Positions 40,205 through 44,529 of a stretch of 44,529 nucleotides of DNA are shown here, piece after piece. Numbering within the stretch: the first letter of the stretch is position 1; every line of letters starts with the position of its first letter. A program made the position numbers and the translations under genes. Source of the DNA: Pelagibacteraceae bacterium (GTDB lineage Bacteria > Pseudomonadota > Alphaproteobacteria > Pelagibacterales > Pelagibacteraceae); NCBI GenBank assembly GCA_038110645.1, contig JAYNJZ010000001.1, positions 1-44,529 on the forward strand, given 5' to 3'. Below the pieces are notes generated by a model. It worked only from the letters and a program-made list of their open reading frames with translations. It did not search any database and was not told the origin of the DNA.

Positions 40205-40863
40205 GCATTTTAGAATCTGTCAAAAATAGTAAACACGGCACTAATCCTTTTAGGTATTGGGAATTTGAAAAACCTTTAACTGAAGAAATGATAAATGAAC
40301 TTTATAATGCTAAATTAGATGATCCAACCGCACATAACATTGAATATGATGGAACTAGGGCAATTGATGGGGGTGACGGTAAATTACGAGAAGGTATAAA
40401 AACTGGCGGTAAAGCATTAAAATTTAGATGCTTTGTAACAAAAGAAAATGAGAAAAATTATCCAGAGATTTTAAAATTAGTTAAAGAACTTCAAAAAAAA
40501 GAAACTCATGAATTTATTGGAAAAATGATTGGCAAAGACTTATCAAATGCATTCGTTCGTGTTGAGATATGTTGTGATCGAAAAGGCTTTTGGCTCAAAC
40601 CACATTGCGATATTAAAGAAAAATTGATGTCATCAATGCTATTTGTTAATCGAAATAATGAGTCAGAAGAGCTGGGTACTGATTTTTACAATGATAAATT
40701 AGAAAAAGTTTACACAGTTCCTTATAAAGATAATTATGGTTATATTTTCACTACAGATGAAAATAGTTGGCATGGTTTAGAAAAAAAAGCTATTAAAGAT
40801 GAAAGACGTTGTTTGCAAATAAACTATGTAACTTTTAAGACTGATTATCCAGTAGAAAAATAG
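40201..40863 (+). CDS. 2OG-Fe(II) oxygenase superfamily protein
   Basis: Facial triad WLKPHCD (HxD) and SWHG, C-terminal RRCLQINYV Arg motif, LGTDFY. Confidence 0.82.
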   Translation: MSILESVKNSKHGTNPFRYWEFEKPLTEEMINELYNAKLDDPTAHNIEYDGTRAIDGGDGKLREGIKTGGKALKFRCFVTKENEKNYPEILKLVKELQKKETHEFIGKMIGKDLSNAFVRVEICCDRKGFWLKPHCDIKEKLMSSMLFVNRNNESEELGTDFYNDKLEKVYTVPYKDNYGYIFTTDENSWHGLEKKAIKDERRCLQINYVTFKTDYPVEK

Positions 40864-43800
40864 TTACAATTCTTGAATTCTTTTAATTTCAATATTTTTG
40901 TTTTTTAGAGAATTAATTGCTTGAGTGCATGCTTTTGCTCCAGCAAGTGTTGTAAAATACGGTATTTTATTATTAAGCGCTGCTCTTCTTAAAGACCATG
41001 AGTCTTCAATGGATTTTTTTTCTGATGTTGTGTTAATGACTAAAGATATTTTTTTATCATCTAAATATTCAACAATGTGAGGACTTCCTTGTCTTACTTT
41101 ATTTATTTTTTCACATTTAATGCCATTTTTATTTAAAGTGTCGGCTGTACGTCCTGTTCCAATAATTTTAAACCCCATTTCAAATAATTTTTTTGCATAT
41201 TCGCAAACTTTTTCTTTATCATCATCTTTTACAGAGATGAAAGCTGAACCTGTAATTGGCAAATCATTACCTGCTGACATTTGGCTTTTTGCAAAAGCCA
41301 TTCCAAAATCACTATCTATACCCATAGCCTCTCCAGTTGATTTCATCTCTGGCCCAAGAATCGTGTCTACTTCTGGAAATTTATTAAAAGGAAAAACGGC
41401 CTCTTTGATTGCAAAAATATTTAGTTTTTTGTTCAAGTTTTTAAAATCAGTTAATTTTTTACCAGCCATAATTTGTGAAGCAATTTTGGCAACTGGAATA
41501 TTTAAAGCTTTTGAAACATAAGGTACTGTTCTACTTGCTCTTGGATTAACTTCTAAAATAAAGATTTCCGAGCCTCTTATTGCAAATTGAATATTAATTA
41601 AACCAACAACTTTAAGTTTTTTTGCTAGAGAAGTTGTTTGTTTTTTTAATTCGTCAATTAATTTTTGATTTAATGAAAATGGTGGAATACAGCAAGCAGA
41701 GTCACCAGAATGGATTCCGGCTTCTTCAATGTGTTCCATAATTCCTGCAATAAAAACTTCTTTACCATCGCAAACTGCGTCTACATCAATTTCTATTGCG
41801 TCATTTAAAAATTTATCAATTAAAACTGGGCTATCCCCAGATACTTGCACTGCTTCATCTATATAAGCATTAAATTGTTCGTCATCATGAACAATTTCCA
41901 TTGCACGGCCACCCAATACATATGAAGGTCTAATGACAACTGGATAACCAATATTTGCTATAATTTTTTTAGCCTCTTCCTTTCCTCTTGCAAGACCACT
42001 TTCTGCTTGTTTTAACTTTAACTCGTTAACTACTTGATTAAATTTTTCTCTATCTTCTGCTGTATCAATTGACTCTAGTTGTGTACCTAAAATCGGAAAA
42101 CCTGATTGATGAATTTTTTTTGCAAGTTTAATAGGTGTTTGTCCACCAAATTGAACGATCACACCCTTAATTTTTCCTTTAGAGCTCTCTTTTTTTAAAA
42201 TTTCAATAATATATTCATCTATTAATGGTTCAAAATATAATCTGTCACTTGTGTCATAATCTGTAGATACAGTTTCAGGGTTACAATTAATCATTACAGT
42301 TTCATAGCCCATTTCTTTAAGTGAAAAACTTGCTTGGCAGCAACAATAATCAAACTCAATTCCCTGACCAATTCTATTTGGTCCACCCCCAATAATAACA
42401 ATTTTTTCTTTGTCAGTAGGGTTAGCCTCACACTCTCCATTAGAGTTTAGTCCATGATCATATGTAGAGTACATATAAGGTGTAAGTGAAGAGAATTCAG
42501 CTGCACATGTATCAACTTTTTTATATGCAATATTGATATTATTTTTATTTTTAAACTCTTCAATTTGATCAATAGATTTATTTGAGAGTTCTGCAATTTT
42601 TTGATCAGAAAAACCCAATGATTTTATTAATTTGAAATTTTCTCTATCAAGATCATTATTCATGATTAAATTTTCAGCTTCAATAATTTCTTTAATTTGT
42701 CTTAAAAACCAATGATCAATTTTGCATAATTGATATACTTTTTCTAAATCTAAACCTTTCCTAAAAGCTTCTGCAACATATAAAATTCTTAGGGGAATAT
42801 TTGTTTTTAATTTTTCTTTAATATTTTCTAAATCACTATCAATGCTATCAAGGCCATTTAAGCCCACTTCTAGAGAGACCAATGCTTTTTGCAAAGACTC
42901 TTTGAAATTTCTACCAATTGACATGCTTTCACCGACTGATTTCATTGCAGTACCAAGTTCAGCTTTGCTTTTTTTAAATTTTTCAAAAGCAAATCTAGGA
43001 ATTTTAGTGACAATATAATCAATGGTAGGTTCAAATGATGCCGGGGTTACTTTAGTGATATCATTTTGAATTTCATCCAAGGTATAACCAACCGCGAGTT
43101 TAGCTGCTACTTTAGCAATAGGAAATCCTGTTGCTTTAGATGCAAGAGCAGAAGATCTAGATACTCTAGGATTCATTTCAATGACAATCATCCTTCCATC
43201 TTTTGGATTGATAGCAAATTGAACATTTGAACCTCCAGTTTCTACTCCAATTTTTCTTAAGCAGGCAATGGATGCATTTCTCATAACTTGATACTCTTTA
43301 TCTGTTAATGTCAAAGCGGGAGCAACAGTAATTGAATCACCGGTATGGATTCCCATAGGATCTAGATTTTCTATTGAGCATATTATAATGCTATTATCTT
43401 TTTTATCTCTGACCACTTCCATTTCAAATTCTTTCCATCCAACAAGTGACTCTTCAACCAAAACTTCATTAGTTGGAGATAAATCTAAACCATTTTTTAC
43501 TATTCTATAAAAATCTTCTTCAGTATTTGCTACACCTCCACCAGTTCCACCTAAGGTAAAGGATGGTCTAATGATTGATGGAATACCAATTTGTTTAAAT
43601 GCCTCTTTTGCATCCTTTTCACTTCTACATATAAATGATCTTGCAGACTCAAGGCCAATATCATTCATATTTTTCTTAAATTTTTCTCTATTCTCTGCAT
43701 TATCAATAGCCTCTGCATTTGCACCAATGAGTTCTACATTGTATTTTTTTAATATTCCTTTTTTATCAAGGCTCATGGCTGCATTAAGACCTGTTTGACC

Positions 43801-44073
43801 ACCCATTGTTGGTAAAATTGCATCAGGTGTTTCTTTTTTAATTATTTCTTCTAAGACTTGATCGTTTATAGGCTCAATGTAAGTAATATCCGCTACATTA
43901 GGATCAGTCATTATAGTTGCAGGATTTGAATTTACTAAAATAATTTTATAACCCTCTTGTCTTAAAGCCTTACAAGCTTGAGATCCCGAGTAATCAAACT
44001 CACATGCTTGACCAATTACAATTGGACCAGCTCCAATTATCATGATTTTATTGATATCAGTTCTTTTTGGCAT
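40864..44073 (-). CDS. carB: Carbamoyl-phosphate synthase large subunit
   Basis: [18 protein letters not shown], two ATP-grasp halves ([19 protein letters not shown]), C-terminal MGS domain. Confidence 0.99.
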   Translation of the reverse strand: MPKRTDINKIMIIGAGPIVIGQACEFDYSGSQACKALRQEGYKIILVNSNPATIMTDPNVADITYIEPINDQVLEEIIKKETPDAILPTMGGQTGLNAAMSLDKKGILKKYNVELIGANAEAIDNAENREKFKKNMNDIGLESARSFICRSEKDAKEAFKQIGIPSIIRPSFTLGGTGGGVANTEEDFYRIVKNGLDLSPTNEVLVEESLVGWKEFEMEVVRDKKDNSIIICSIENLDPMGIHTGDSITVAPALTLTDKEYQVMRNASIACLRKIGVETGGSNVQFAINPKDGRMIVIEMNPRVSRSSALASKATGFPIAKVAAKLAVGYTLDEIQNDITKVTPASFEPTIDYIVTKIPRFAFEKFKKSKAELGTAMKSVGESMSIGRNFKESLQKALVSLEVGLNGLDSIDSDLENIKEKLKTNIPLRILYVAEAFRKGLDLEKVYQLCKIDHWFLRQIKEIIEAENLIMNNDLDRENFKLIKSLGFSDQKIAELSNKSIDQIEEFKNKNNINIAYKKVDTCAAEFSSLTPYMYSTYDHGLNSNGECEANPTDKEKIVIIGGGPNRIGQGIEFDYCCCQASFSLKEMGYETVMINCNPETVSTDYDTSDRLYFEPLIDEYIIEILKKESSKGKIKGVIVQFGGQTPIKLAKKIHQSGFPILGTQLESIDTAEDREKFNQVVNELKLKQAESGLARGKEEAKKIIANIGYPVVIRPSYVLGGRAMEIVHDDEQFNAYIDEAVQVSGDSPVLIDKFLNDAIEIDVDAVCDGKEVFIAGIMEHIEEAGIHSGDSACCIPPFSLNQKLIDELKKQTTSLAKKLKVVGLINIQFAIRGSEIFILEVNPRASRTVPYVSKALNIPVAKIASQIMAGKKLTDFKNLNKKLNIFAIKEAVFPFNKFPEVDTILGPEMKSTGEAMGIDSDFGMAFAKSQMSAGNDLPITGSAFISVKDDDKEKVCEYAKKLFEMGFKIIGTGRTADTLNKNGIKCEKINKVRQGSPHIVEYLDDKKISLVINTTSEKKSIEDSWSLRRAALNNKIPYFTTLAGAKACTQAINSLKNKNIEIKRIQEL

Positions 44074-44529
44074 ATTTTTCTACTTCCTTAATAAAATCCA
44101 AAAATAAATAATGACTATCATGTGGACCAGGACTTGCTTCGGGATGATATTGAACTGAAAACGCATTAAATTTTTTTGATTTTATTCCTTCAATTGACTG
44201 ATCAAATAATGAAAGATGTGTAACCTCTACTTCACTTGGTATATTTTTTTTATCAACTTCAAAACCATGATTTTGCGATGTAATTTCAACTAAATTATTT
44301 TTTAAATTTTTAACTGGATGATTAGCTCCACGATGGCCTTGGTGCATTTTAATAGTTTTGCAGCCTAATGCATGAGCAAGAAGCTGATGTCCTAAACAAA
44401 TACCAAAAATTGGAATTTTTTTATTTAATATTTTTTTTATTGTTTCTTTTGCAAATCTAGATGTTGCTTCTGGATCCCCTGGACCATTTGATAAAAAAAC
44501 TCCATCTGGTTTCAAATCTATTATTTTTT
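44057..44529 (-). CDS. carA: Carbamoyl-phosphate synthase small subunit (5'-truncated by window edge)
   Basis: [15 protein letters not shown] (catalytic Cys), [28 protein letters not shown]; frame open to the window end. Confidence 0.98.
   Translation of the reverse strand, partial: KIIDLKPDGVFLSNGPGDPEATSRFAKETIKKILNKKIPIFGICLGHQLLAHALGCKTIKMHQGHRGANHPVKNLKNNLVEITSQNHGFEVDKKNIPSEVEVTHLSLFDQSIEGIKSKKFNAFSVQYHPEASPGPHDSHYLFLDFIKEVEKYAKKN

Noticed and set aside
152-43798. Short antisense or alternate-frame ORFs in the track (e.g. 152-448, 4538-4747, 22747-23298, 23720-24001, 41120-41521)
   Set aside because: They lie within well-conserved genes, have no motifs, and show the F/S/L-rich composition expected of shadow frames.
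1-44529. Prophage, IS element, integrase, CRISPR array, toxin-antitoxin or defence island
   Set aside because: Almost every base belongs to a recognisable gene, the largest gaps are under about 80 bp, and I found no repeat-spacer pattern or mobility gene.

Overview
This is a very AT-rich (by eye about 26-29% GC), extremely compact stretch of core chromosome from a streamlined alphaproteobacterium. Gene content, gene order and near-zero intergenic space point to SAR11/Pelagibacterales (inference; no marker gene search was run). It holds about 47 protein genes and one tRNA-Gln(UUG). In order: cox3-SURF1-thrC, rnhA-thrB, a CDGSH Fe-S protein, the F0 ATP synthase operon, smc-dsbA-dciA, mutY, an FAD monooxygenase, ccrM-rnhB-udg, TPR-ispE-tRNA-cca, greA-trmL, petABC, ychF-pth-rplY-prs-pgeF-midA-lgt, a MarR/OmpR/EnvZ-like module, ilvE, pgsA-uvrC-folB-SDR-uvrB, aspC, trxB, an ELM1-family plus 2OG-Fe(II) oxygenase pair, and carB-carA. 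I see no mobile element, prophage, CRISPR array or defence island, and no clearly new multi-gene system. The signals most worth following up lie inside the housekeeping genes: (1) an 809-aa SMC with intact ATPase heads but apparently no hinge domain; (2) a CcrM with an altered recognition loop, together with an apparent selective depletion of GAWTC but not GASTC sites; (3) a tRNA embedded between ispE and the CCA-adding enzyme gene, ending 4 nt before its ATG; (4) three divergent gene pairs with start codons only 5-7 bp apart, each involving a DNA-repair gene; (5) a SURF1 that must use a non-canonical start codon.
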